From positions 3,577 through 67,576 of the forward strand of contig JARVKB010000012.1 in NCBI GenBank assembly GCA_029775925.1: a DNA stretch of 64,000 nucleotides. The letters run 5' to 3'. Source of the stretch: Nitrososphaeria archaeon. GTDB lineage: Archaea > Thermoproteota > Nitrososphaeria > Nitrososphaerales > JACAEJ01. The position numbers and the translations under genes are program-made. Below the pieces are notes generated by a model. It saw only the letters and a program-made list of their open reading frames with translations. It was not told the DNA's origin and made no database searches. This document shows positions 27,861 through 37,300 of this stretch, one piece after another; position 1 is the first letter of the stretch, and every line of letters starts with the position of its first letter.

Positions 27861-28883
27861 TTGGGCGAGATTAGAAAAGATTACTTTACCGATAGACTTG
27901 TATTAATTAAGCACTCTGAAGCTTTTGAAATTGAAAAGTCTCTAAAAGAATGTCCTTATTGTCCTGGCCATGAAACTATGACTTTGCCAGCAGAATTCGT
28001 GCTTGTCCAGAGAGAAGGAACACTCATTAAACTTGCTGATACAGAAGAAGAAATTATTAAAGATTGGTGTGTTAGAGTTTTTCCTGAGAAATTTCCTACA
28101 GTATCTCTTGATACTGCTATTACTTATAGCGACGACCCTCTTTACCGTGAACCTGCTTATGGTTATCACTATGTGGTCGTGGCTACGCCAAGACATGACG
28201 AATTCTTATCGAGAATGAGTTTAGACCAATGGGTAAACGTGCTTTCAGCAGTCCAAGATAGAGCTAGATGGTTATACAGTCAAAAAAATGTATCTTACGT
28301 TTCTATCTTTGCAAATCATGGAAAAGAAGCTGGTGCTTTGGTGGATCATCCACACCTTCAGATAGTTACTTTACCTCGCTTACCACCTATTATAGAGCAA
28401 GAAGCATCCAAAGTCCAAAAGTCTATAAATGAATTAGGCATTTGTCCTATGTGCAATATATTACGTATCGAATCAGGCGGCCCTAGACAGATCCTTGCCA
28501 CAAATTATTTCATTTCTTTTTGTCCTTGGGCTCCATTATATGCTTTCGAATACTGGATATTCCCGAAAAAACATCAAACTAGCATTCTTAGAATTACCCA
28601 AAAAGAAATCAAAGATTTAGCTCTGATATTAAGATCGACTTTAGGTGGTTTGGCAAACATTCTAAATGAACCATCCTACAGCATGGTATTTCATATATCT
28701 TCAGAGAAAAAGACTGCGAAACAGATCCACTGGCATATAGAGATTTATCCTAGACTCAAAAAGTTGAGTGGTTTTGAGATAGGCACTAATGCTTACATAA
28801 ATCAATTCTCACCGGAGCATACGGCCGAATTACTTGGTAGTGCTTCTAGGAAAGAACTTGCCAAGCTTGTTGGTATTTCTTGA
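27861..28883 (+). CDS. GalT-type HIT-superfamily nucleotidyltransferase/phosphorylase (galactose-1-P uridylyltransferase-like)
   Basis: 340 aa. Zn motif CPYCPGHE, active-site HPHLQI (H-x-H-x-Q), second half-domain HWHIEIYPR. TTG start. Confidence 0.7.
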   Translation: MGEIRKDYFTDRLVLIKHSEAFEIEKSLKECPYCPGHETMTLPAEFVLVQREGTLIKLADTEEEIIKDWCVRVFPEKFPTVSLDTAITYSDDPLYREPAYGYHYVVVATPRHDEFLSRMSLDQWVNVLSAVQDRARWLYSQKNVSYVSIFANHGKEAGALVDHPHLQIVTLPRLPPIIEQEASKVQKSINELGICPMCNILRIESGGPRQILATNYFISFCPWAPLYAFEYWIFPKKHQTSILRITQKEIKDLALILRSTLGGLANILNEPSYSMVFHISSEKKTAKQIHWHIEIYPRLKKLSGFEIGTNAYINQFSPEHTAELLGSASRKELAKLVGIS

Positions 28884-28896
28884 TTATAGTGATTTT

Positions 28897-29613
28897 ATGA
28901 CTAAACCTCTGAAAGCTGTAATTCTTGCTGGAGGTCTTGGTACAAGGTTACACCCATATACTCTCTTTATGCCAAAACCAATGCTACCTTTAGGCGATAA
29001 GCCTGTTCTTGAGCACTTAATATCATGGCTTTATAGTAATGACATTAGAGATATAGTGATATGTGTGAGTTATCTGCGAAGAATAATAGAAGATTATTTT
29101 AGAGATGGTAAGGAACTAGGTGTTAAGATTACCTATGCAAGAACAAACACCCCTATGGGAACAGCAGGACAATTAAAGAGTGCAGAAAAGCTCATCGATG
29201 GAACTTTCCTATGTGTTTATGGTGATTCGATTTATGATTTTAATGTTAAAGATATGATAGAATTCCATATTAAAAAGAAAGCTTTGGCCACTATCGCTTT
29301 AATGCCTTATAAAACTACTTTAAAGTACGGTCTCATAGACGTTAGTAAAGATGGTCTTGTTAAGAAATGGAGAGAAAAACCGACTATAGAAGGTCTTATT
29401 AACATAGGCTGCTATATTATAGAGCCTAGATTTTTGGATTATATTCCAAACGATACAAGATTTGGAATGAATTTTGCCTTTGAAAACGCTATGAAAAAAG
29501 GAGAGAGAATATTTGGCTATAATGCTAAGGGAGGTTTTATAGATATAGGTGATAAGAAAGGCTACATAGGAGTCTATAAAAAATATCTTGGTAAATTGGG
29601 AGAGATAGTTTGA
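28897..29613 (+). CDS. Sugar-1-phosphate nucleotidyltransferase (glucose-1-P thymidylyl/uridylyltransferase-like)
   Basis: MTKPLKAVILAGGLGTRLHPYTLFMPKPMLPLG signature. ATG at 28897 is preferred over the track start 28834, which overlaps the galT-like 3' end. Confidence 0.85.
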   Translation: MTKPLKAVILAGGLGTRLHPYTLFMPKPMLPLGDKPVLEHLISWLYSNDIRDIVICVSYLRRIIEDYFRDGKELGVKITYARTNTPMGTAGQLKSAEKLIDGTFLCVYGDSIYDFNVKDMIEFHIKKKALATIALMPYKTTLKYGLIDVSKDGLVKKWREKPTIEGLINIGCYIIEPRFLDYIPNDTRFGMNFAFENAMKKGERIFGYNAKGGFIDIGDKKGYIGVYKKYLGKLGEIV

Positions 29614-29631
29614 TTATAAAGTGTTTAGTTA

Positions 29632-31173
29632 TCATCTCTCTAGAATGAAGGTTCTTTCTTGTTTAGCTCTTGCTGGAATCCGGCTCATTATCATTATATC
29701 ATATCTTTGGCCTATACCAATTGGTTTAAGTTTTTCCGCAAGAGCGAAGGCACTCTCCAATTTCTGACTTCTTTCTGCATAAATTTCAAAAAGTACATCT
29801 CCCTTTACAACTTCGTTGCCTATTTTAACCTTTAATAAAATACCTGCGCCTTTCTCCTTTGGTGCACCAGCTTCCCTAGCTATTTGTACAATATCATTAT
29901 TGTTGATCCATAAAACTTTCCCATCATAATTTGATACAACTTTTGCTACTTTATCCCCAATTCCTATATCTTCTGGTTTGATGTATTGATTCCCGCCTTG
30001 GGCTGCAACGATCTCTCTGAGCTTTTCCTCGGCTTTACCTGTTCGGAGAATTTCCGTAGCTTTGTCTCTACTTGAATCGACACCAGCCATCTCGAGAAGC
30101 ATACTTGCCAAGTTGATGGCTTTATCCTGTAAATCGATAGGACCCTTGCCCATAAGTGTCTGTAAAGCTTCTCTTGCTTCAAGAGCAGGACCTATGGCAA
30201 AGCCTATAGGTTGCTCCCCAAAAGTTACAGCACACTCAACTTTAATGCCCAGTCTATTTCCAAGTTCTATAAAGTTTCTAGCAAGATGCTGGGCTTCTCC
30301 TATTGTTTTGATCTTTGTCCCTCTTCCCGTTGGTAAATCGATTACTACATAATCAGTCCCAATTGCTTTCTTTTTACTCATGATAGATGGTAAAAGAAGT
30401 GGATCTATGGAGAGAGGATATTCAACTTGAATGAACAAATCATCAGCAGGAGCTAGGTCAAGTGCCCCTCCCCAAACCATACATGCCTTTGTCTTCTTTA
30501 CAACATCTCTTATTTCCTCCAAACTTAAGTTTACTGGACATAAAGATTCAACTCTGTCTGCAGTTCCTGCAGCAGATGTTATGGCTCTTGAAGATGTCTT
30601 GGGAATGGTGAAGCCTGCTGCAGCAACTATTGGGACCACGAGAAGGGTAGTTTTATCTCCTGGGACTCCTCCAATACTATGTTTATCGAGAATAGGGTGA
30701 TCTTCCCATTCTAAAATTTGCCCTGTCTCGACCATGGCTCTCGATAAAGCTTCGATTTCATCCATATTTGTTCCTCTAACATGAAGAGTAGTCAAGAACG
30801 ATGCTATCTCTATATCACTTAAATTTTGGTCAACTACATCCTTAACTATGGCTTTAATCTCTTGAGCGTTGAGTTCATAACCAAAAATCTTATCACGAAT
30901 ATAGGCTAAAGATTCAGGACTTTTTGCCGGGTATACTTCAACTTCATCACCACGCTCTATACCTAATTTCGAACAAACTTCATCAAAAACGCCTATCGTA
31001 TTCCTAGGAAACCTTGTTGCTATATTAACTATTGCTATAATTGATTTATCTTTATAAGTGATTTTCACTCTATCAGAAGTACGCACTCCGAGTAGGCTAG
31101 CATCCTTATCGTCAATAATTACCATTAACTTTCTTCCAGCTTCTATCCCTAAAACTTTAACCTTGAACTTCAT
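29632..31173 (-). CDS. deoA: AMP phosphorylase (thymidine phosphorylase family, archaeal DeoA)
   Basis: N-terminal extra domain MKFKVKVLGIEAGRKLMVIIDD, then DKHSIGGVPGDKTTL, TSSRAITSAAGTAD. ATG 31173 is preferred over 31236 and gives about 513 aa. Confidence 0.85.
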   Translation of the reverse strand: MKFKVKVLGIEAGRKLMVIIDDKDASLLGVRTSDRVKITYKDKSIIAIVNIATRFPRNTIGVFDEVCSKLGIERGDEVEVYPAKSPESLAYIRDKIFGYELNAQEIKAIVKDVVDQNLSDIEIASFLTTLHVRGTNMDEIEALSRAMVETGQILEWEDHPILDKHSIGGVPGDKTTLLVVPIVAAAGFTIPKTSSRAITSAAGTADRVESLCPVNLSLEEIRDVVKKTKACMVWGGALDLAPADDLFIQVEYPLSIDPLLLPSIMSKKKAIGTDYVVIDLPTGRGTKIKTIGEAQHLARNFIELGNRLGIKVECAVTFGEQPIGFAIGPALEAREALQTLMGKGPIDLQDKAINLASMLLEMAGVDSSRDKATEILRTGKAEEKLREIVAAQGGNQYIKPEDIGIGDKVAKVVSNYDGKVLWINNNDIVQIAREAGAPKEKGAGILLKVKIGNEVVKGDVLFEIYAERSQKLESAFALAEKLKPIGIGQRYDIMIMSRIPARAKQERTFILER

Positions 31174-31240
31174 ATGCCAATTTTCAAGCGAAAATAATGA
31201 TTCAACAAAGATATAAGGAGATTGTTTTAAGTGCATAAAT

Positions 31241-32461
31241 ATGCAATATAAAGATTTTATCGACCTTGATTATGTACCAAAAAAAGATGATGTTATATGT
31301 GATTTTTTCATTGAGCCAAAGGGGATTAGCGTAAGGGAAGCTGCTGGAGGTGTTGCCGCTGAAAGTTCGATAGGCACTTGGACTGAACTTAAGACTGAAA
31401 AGTCTTATGTCAAAAAATTACAAGCTAGAGTGTTTAAGATTGAGGGTAATAACGTTAAGATAGCATATCCTATTGAACTTTTCGAATTTTATAATATGCC
31501 AAATATTATGAGCAGCATAGCCGGTAACATTTTTGGTTTGAAGGCATTGAAGAATTTAAGGCTTAATGATGTTATTTTTCCATCAAAAATCTTAAAGAGT
31601 TTCAAAGGACCAAAGTATGGAATCTCAGGAATTCGAAGAATAATGAAAGTTTATGATAGACCATTAGTTGGGACCATAATTAAGCCAAAGCTTGGATTAA
31701 GGGTTGAAGATCATGCAAGAGTCGCTTATGAAGCTTGGGTTGGTGGTTGTGATATTGTCAAAGATGATGAGAACTTAAGTAGTCAAGGATTTAATCCATT
31801 CAAAGAACGAGTTATTAAAACTTTACAAAAAAGAGATAAGGCTGAGAAAGAAACTGGGGAGAAGAAAGTTTACATGGTCAATATTACTGCAGAAACCAAG
31901 GAGATGTTGAAAAGAGCAGAGTATGTACTTGAAAATGGTGGAGAATACATTATGATAGATATCATTATGTGTGGTCTATCCGCTTTACAAACAGTACGTG
32001 AACAAGATTTTAACCTTGTAATACATGGACATAGGGCAGGTCATGCAACTTTTACGAAAAATCCAAAACATGGAATCTCAATGAAAGTAATATCAAAAGT
32101 TGCGAGAATTATAGGTGTAGATCAACTTCATGTCGGAACTGTTATTGGGAAAATGTTTGAGACGAAGAAAGAGGTAGAAGAGAACTGTTTAGTATTAAAA
32201 ATGGAAATGAATGGGTTAAATCAGGTTTTACCTGTTGCTTCAGGTGGTTTACATCCTGGATTAGTTCCAGCTTTAATAGAATTTTTTGGAAAAGATTTCG
32301 TTATTCAAGCTGGAGGAGGCATCCATGGCCATAGGGATGGAACATCAGCTGGAGCAAGAGCAATGCGTCAAGCAGTAGATGCCACTCTACAAGGGATAGC
32401 TTTGAGTGAATATGCGAAGAAGCACAAAGAGCTTGAAACAGCGCTAAAAATTTGGAGATAA
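31241..32461 (+). CDS. rbcL: Ribulose-1,5-bisphosphate carboxylase large subunit, form III
   Basis: 406 aa. GTIIKPKLGL, GGCDIVKDDENL (carbamylated Lys context), IHGHRAGHA, ASGGLHPG, QAGGGIHGH. Flanked by AMP phosphorylase and R15P isomerase. Confidence 0.9.
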   Translation: MQYKDFIDLDYVPKKDDVICDFFIEPKGISVREAAGGVAAESSIGTWTELKTEKSYVKKLQARVFKIEGNNVKIAYPIELFEFYNMPNIMSSIAGNIFGLKALKNLRLNDVIFPSKILKSFKGPKYGISGIRRIMKVYDRPLVGTIIKPKLGLRVEDHARVAYEAWVGGCDIVKDDENLSSQGFNPFKERVIKTLQKRDKAEKETGEKKVYMVNITAETKEMLKRAEYVLENGGEYIMIDIIMCGLSALQTVREQDFNLVIHGHRAGHATFTKNPKHGISMKVISKVARIIGVDQLHVGTVIGKMFETKKEVEENCLVLKMEMNGLNQVLPVASGGLHPGLVPALIEFFGKDFVIQAGGGIHGHRDGTSAGARAMRQAVDATLQGIALSEYAKKHKELETALKIWR

Positions 32462-32466
32462 TACTA

Positions 32467-33402
32467 TCAAAGGTTAAATTCACTGAAAATCCATGGATAC
32501 CTCCTATGAATAACCTCGATTATTGAATGTGGAGAAATAATCCCTTCTTCACAAATTATACCATGAATGAAATCTCGCCTTGTTACATCAAAAGCTGGAT
32601 TCCGTATAATTAATTTTTCAGGTGGTTTTTTCCAGATTTCATCTGAACTTCTTTCTTCTATTTTCTCATAATCGCCATACATTGTTGCTGGATCAAACTT
32701 TAAAAGTTCAGTAACTACATAAAAGGGAGTTCTAGCTTCATGAGCTGCAAGAGCGATCATGCTTGTTCCAATTTTGTTTATTATATTTCCTTCTGAAGTT
32801 ATTGCGTCTGCGCCTACCATTACCATGTCGACTTTATTCATAAAAAAGCGTGCAGCCGAATCTATGATAAAAGTTGTTTTCAAACCTAATTCTAACATTT
32901 CTTTAGCAGTTTTTCTACCTTGAAAAATAGGTCTAGTCTCAGTGCAAATAACCTCAAAAGATTTTCCTTCCTCTTTTGCTTTTTTAAGTAAGAAATTTAC
33001 TGTCGAAGAATGACAATGAGTCAAAATAACCGAGTCATCCTTTATTCTTTTTGCCCCTATCTCAGCAATCTTTTCCTTTGATTCTTCAAGAAATTTTCTA
33101 AAAAATCTTGAAGACGATTTAATCGTCTTGACTAACCTATTAATGTTTTCTTCTCGACTTTTCTCTAAGCAGCTGATTACCCATCTGATGGCATTTCTCA
33201 TAAATGGCTCAGTTTCTCTAGTGGCAAAAAGAATCTCCTTCGCTTTTAAAAACTCGTTCAAGAGCTCCTTTTTATTTTTTGCTTCAGTTCGAAATGCTAA
33301 TTTCTCTAAAGCCTTAATAGCTGTTATTGCAACATTTCTTGCACCTTGGATTTCAAGTCTTTTTATCTTTTCAGCAATAGATTGAATCGAATCAGACAAC
33401 AA
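32467..33402 (-). CDS. Ribose-1,5-bisphosphate isomerase (e2b2/eIF-2B alpha-beta-delta family)
   Basis: 311 aa. IQGARNVA, ILTHCHSSTV, MVGADAITSEGNIINKIGT. Gene context matches the AMP shunt. Confidence 0.8.
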   Translation of the reverse strand: MLSDSIQSIAEKIKRLEIQGARNVAITAIKALEKLAFRTEAKNKKELLNEFLKAKEILFATRETEPFMRNAIRWVISCLEKSREENINRLVKTIKSSSRFFRKFLEESKEKIAEIGAKRIKDDSVILTHCHSSTVNFLLKKAKEEGKSFEVICTETRPIFQGRKTAKEMLELGLKTTFIIDSAARFFMNKVDMVMVGADAITSEGNIINKIGTSMIALAAHEARTPFYVVTELLKFDPATMYGDYEKIEERSSDEIWKKPPEKLIIRNPAFDVTRRDFIHGIICEEGIISPHSIIEVIHRRYPWIFSEFNL

Positions 33403-34574
33403 TCTCCACCTATAAGAACGAGTATTTTTAGTTAACTTAGTCTATAAACTTTCAGAGAAAGTAGAAATTATACAATATCTATTGTAAAGAACTTGAATCG
33501 TTTTCAAACTTAATTCTTTAGTTCTAATATATTCCTTAAGCATAAAAGGTCTTATTACCTTCCTTTCATTAGAAATTCTTTCTATCTAAAGAAAAGCATC
33601 TATCATCAGATAGTTTGACTTTATATATGAAGGGGGGTCCTTGTCTTTCATAAAGCAGTAATACTAAAATAGGAAGAGGGATTTAGAGCATATTTAAAAA
33701 CAAGCTTACAAGGAGGAAATACCAGCTGAAGAGTTGGATAGAAAGAGGGATAAAACCCGGAGCAAACAAACTGATATACCTTCGTTTAAAATATTATGAT
33801 CGGGTTATGATTTATCGTCCTTTCTTTTTTACTATGATTTGTTTGGCCGTCATATTTAGTACTATTTTAGCTACGCCACCTCCAAAATAATGTTAACGAT
33901 AATGATAAGATTCTGTGGCTTTACTCTTATCTATAATGGTCGATTTCGAATCTATGTTAAAAGATAAAGTACCGAGAAAGTCTGATGCTATAAAGATTAA
34001 AATTCTTTCAAAATTTGCTAACCTCTTTACTAAATTTTTCTCTCCACCGAGCCCGATCGTAAATGTTGATTTTGTGTGTGAGAGAGTTATGGATTTGCAA
34101 GTAGAGACATATTAATCTTAGATGGATCTAAATCTTTTACCCAAGAATTCATCCAAAAATATATTTGGAGTATAGATATTCCTGCTACAAGTCGGGGTGG
34201 CGATTGGAGTGATGCCGATATTCTGACGATTTTGGAGCACTCCGCATCGATTCTCTCTTTTCAGCAGTATATCGAGCAATGCGAAGGATCCATAATCCTC
34301 TTTTCTCAAAGATATAGAATTTTTCAAAGGCTTAAGAATGATCCAACTTTCTTAAGGTGTAAAAAGACTTAGTGTTACAAACAATTTATAAATCACATTT
34401 ATTGGGTATAGAAATGTCCATCACCCTTATTCTATCTAATCAGCACTCATCCCATAATTAGTCGATACCTTTAGATTATTTGACGACTCAGTCAAATGCC
34501 TTTAAATCATTCGTTCTGATTAACTCTGAGACATCATCGTCGTCTTAATTAAATTATTTATTGCTTTATTATAT

Positions 34575-35255
34575 TTATTGTTTGGCTTTTAGTAAATCGA
34601 TCAAGGATATGATATCTTTTAAAGAATTTATTAGATAATCTGGCTTTGCTTCAATTAAGTTTTTAATACTTGATACGCCAGTAGGTACAGCAATAGAAAC
34701 GACATTTGCCTTCTTTGCTGCTAAAATATCTATAATGCCATCGCCAACGTATATCGCTTCATTTGAGTTTATCCCTAAAATTTCCATAGCTTTTTCTATG
34801 CTTCCTCCATCTGGTTTTAATTCACTAGAATCCTCTCTTGTAATTATAACATCAAAGAAATTGTTTAATCCAAACCTTTTTGTAACAATGCTTGTAGCTT
34901 TACTTCCATTGTTCGTTACTATCGCCATCTTAAGTCCAAGTTTTTTAATTTTAGTTAGAGTTTGAATTGTATCAGGTTGAATTTCTGTTTCATTAGCAGC
35001 CTTTAATTCTATCTTCTCTAAAATTGCCCATAAAGATTTTTCAAGATCTGAAAAAGTTTTTTCATCAGTACTCTCTTTTATCATCTTAAGCATAGAATAT
35101 ATGCTCAATTTTTCAGATAAATCATCGATTTTTATTCCCTTTCTTTTAATTTCTACAATAGCTTCTTTACGTGCTTTTACAAAATCCAATGTAAATTTTA
35201 CCAAAGTTCCATCAAGATCAAAGATTACTGCTTTTATGTTCAAACTCTCGACCAT
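34575..35255 (-). CDS. HAD-superfamily hydrolase (phosphatase, subfamily IA)
   Basis: VIFDLDGTLV, VTNNGS, YVGDGIIDILAAKKA. A paralog-type of 8731-9420. Confidence 0.75.
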   Translation of the reverse strand: MVESLNIKAVIFDLDGTLVKFTLDFVKARKEAIVEIKRKGIKIDDLSEKLSIYSMLKMIKESTDEKTFSDLEKSLWAILEKIELKAANETEIQPDTIQTLTKIKKLGLKMAIVTNNGSKATSIVTKRFGLNNFFDVIITREDSSELKPDGGSIEKAMEILGINSNEAIYVGDGIIDILAAKKANVVSIAVPTGVSSIKNLIEAKPDYLINSLKDIISLIDLLKAKQ

Positions 35256-35281
35256 GACTACTATAAGTCAAGAATATTAGC

Positions 35282-36430
35282 ATGTTGCTGTTAAAGAAAT
35301 TTATGGCAACAATTCTTGATAGGATTCTATTGCTATTATCAATAAAGGAGGAAGGGAAGCGTATAGGTATAGACCATATATTCGAGAAGATTCATAGAGA
35401 TGTGCTATTTGTAGAAAAAAGAAGTATAAAAAAAGATGAAGTTGAAAGAGTAATAAAAGATTTGATCTCTCAAGGTTTGGTTAATCTATCTAGCGAAGGT
35501 TACTTTTTGAGCGAAGAAGGAGAAAAGATCATGGAAAAGATAATTCTCGAGAAAGAGAAAGAATTGAATCGATCTTATACAATGGTTTGGTTAGCTAAGA
35601 GGTATTATCCTCATGTTGCAAGATTGATGATGCCCTTCCTTAAGGATAGAGCAGTATCTGTTGTAAAAATATTCTCTGGAAAGAAAGATCCTATAAAAGA
35701 AGTGAATGCTATATTTGTGCGTTATGTGAAGTATAAGCCCAAACCAGTTTTTCTAACCATAGATTCAGAGAATAAACTTATGTCGTTGGTTTTTGATCAT
35801 TGTATAGACTTCATACCTTATGTGCATAAATTTGATTCTAATGAACCAGATTTTTTCATTCTCGATCTTGATGCAGGAACAGAAATATTGAAGAGTAAAA
35901 AAGCCTTTGATTTCATAAAATATGTTACCTTTGAGTTATCAAATCTTCTCATAGAGTTGGAAGTAGAACCTATGGTTAAGTTCAGTGGATCGAGAGGCTT
36001 TCAAATATGGGCTAGCTTCGATAATAGCGAGTTAAGAAATAAAGGGGATTTATTCAAGATTTATAGAGAGATGGCAATATCAATTCAAAATAAATTGGAA
36101 GAAAGGCTTCAGAGTAAAATAGATGAGATGATTTCTATCTTCCCAGAAATTGTACATCATGGAAAGCAGATAACAACTTCTACTGTTGCTCATAAGGAGG
36201 AAAGAGCCTCTCAAATCCTTATTGATTGGTCATCTTTAAAGCCCATGGGAGATGTTAGAGCTCCTTTCTCAATCCATTATAAAACAGGCTTAGTATCTTT
36301 GCCTATTTCTATAAATGATATAAAAGATTTTAATGTTAAAGAAGCCCACCCGTTAAGAATAATCAAAGATCTTGAAAAATATGAGAAAGCAATTAAAGTA
36401 AATAAGTGCAAACCTCCAAACCTCATCTAA
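35282..36430 (+). CDS. Winged-helix domain fused to an archaeo-eukaryotic primase (AEP) superfamily primase-polymerase, LigD-PolDom-like
   Basis: 382 aa. N-terminal ~90 aa are wHTH-like (ILDRILLLLS...VIKDLISQGLV). AEP motifs: RYYPHVARLMMPFLKDRAVSV, DFFILDLDAG (DxD), KFSGSRGFQIW (SGxxGxH/Q), ILIDWSSLKPMGDVRAPFSIHYKTG. Confidence 0.65.
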   Translation: MLLLKKFMATILDRILLLLSIKEEGKRIGIDHIFEKIHRDVLFVEKRSIKKDEVERVIKDLISQGLVNLSSEGYFLSEEGEKIMEKIILEKEKELNRSYTMVWLAKRYYPHVARLMMPFLKDRAVSVVKIFSGKKDPIKEVNAIFVRYVKYKPKPVFLTIDSENKLMSLVFDHCIDFIPYVHKFDSNEPDFFILDLDAGTEILKSKKAFDFIKYVTFELSNLLIELEVEPMVKFSGSRGFQIWASFDNSELRNKGDLFKIYREMAISIQNKLEERLQSKIDEMISIFPEIVHHGKQITTSTVAHKEERASQILIDWSSLKPMGDVRAPFSIHYKTGLVSLPISINDIKDFNVKEAHPLRIIKDLEKYEKAIKVNKCKPPNLI

Positions 36431-36487
36431 AATTATTACGATCTATTTATATTCCTGATACAAACTATGCTTTAAAGGAAAAATACC

Positions 36488-37300
36488 ATGAGCACTTATA
36501 ATTCTCCTATACTTGAAGTTTTTAATCTTTGGAAGAGTTATAATGGGCATCAAGCAGTGAAAGGACTCGATCTTAATGTTAATAGAGGTGAAATATTCGG
36601 TTTGCTAGGTCCTAATGGTGCTGGTAAGACAACCACGCTTAAAGTGATAGTAGGACTTTTAAAGATGGATAAAGGAATGGTAAAAGTTAACGGTGTAGAT
36701 ATATCTGAAGAGCAATACGATTACAAGAAGCAAATTGGTTATTTACCTGAGAACCCTACTTTACCTGAGTACTTAACTGCTGAAGAATTTTTAGGATATA
36801 TTGGAAAGATAAGAGATCTCCCGCCCAAAGAAATCAAAGACAGAATCAACTACTATCTTGAGCTCTTCAACCTTGAGAAGAGAAGAAAAGATCTTATTGT
36901 TTCTTTTTCGAGAGGAATGAAGCAAAAATTAGCTCTTTCTGCTGCTTTAATTCATAATCCATCTCTTTTGATTTTAGATGAACCCTTCATTGGGATAGAT
37001 CCGACAGGACAGCATCATATTAAGAATATTTTAAAGGAGATGGTGAAAGAAGGTCGATCAGTATTGGTTTCAACACATATGATAGACACAGCGGAAAGGC
37101 TTTGTGATAGAGTAGGTATAATTCATAATGGTAGAAATGTAGCCTCTGGTAGCTTAGAAAAACTAAGGAGAATAGCTGAGATGGGTGAAGACTCCACTCT
37201 AGAGCAGATATTTTTGAAGATGACTAAAGAAGCTGAAGAAGTTGTAGAAGAGAAACCTGTGAGAAGAAGGCTTTTCAGTCTATTTAGGAAGAGAGGATAA
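36488..37300 (+). CDS. ABC transporter ATP-binding protein (ABC-2/CcmA-like)
   Basis: Walker A GPNGAGKTT, signature FSRGMKQK, Walker B LLILDEPFIGID, H-loop STHM. Confidence 0.9.
   Translation: MSTYNSPILEVFNLWKSYNGHQAVKGLDLNVNRGEIFGLLGPNGAGKTTTLKVIVGLLKMDKGMVKVNGVDISEEQYDYKKQIGYLPENPTLPEYLTAEEFLGYIGKIRDLPPKEIKDRINYYLELFNLEKRRKDLIVSFSRGMKQKLALSAALIHNPSLLILDEPFIGIDPTGQHHIKNILKEMVKEGRSVLVSTHMIDTAERLCDRVGIIHNGRNVASGSLEKLRRIAEMGEDSTLEQIFLKMTKEAEEVVEEKPVRRRLFSLFRKRG

Noticed and set aside
28834-28896. Upstream start of the nucleotidyltransferase overlapping the galT-like gene by 50 nt
   Set aside because: The conserved G-x-G-T-R-L motif follows closely after ATG 28897 (MTKPLKAVILAGG). The upstream residues look like out-of-frame read-through of the neighbour.
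31174-31236. 21-codon N-terminal extension of AMP phosphorylase
   Set aside because: MKFKVKVL... at 31173 matches the usual N-terminus. The extension would leave only 4 bp between the divergent genes.
31241-32461. RuBisCO as evidence of Calvin-cycle autotrophy
   Set aside because: The form III-like sequence is flanked by AMP phosphorylase and R15P isomerase, and no phosphoribulokinase or small subunit is in the window. The AMP-shunt interpretation is better supported.
34205-34242. Hairpin GGAGUG...CACUCC containing GUGAUGC and CUGA (k-turn or C/D-like)
   Set aside because: The box positions relative to the stem do not fit a C/D sRNA. It is kept only as part of the broader ORF-poor-region finding.
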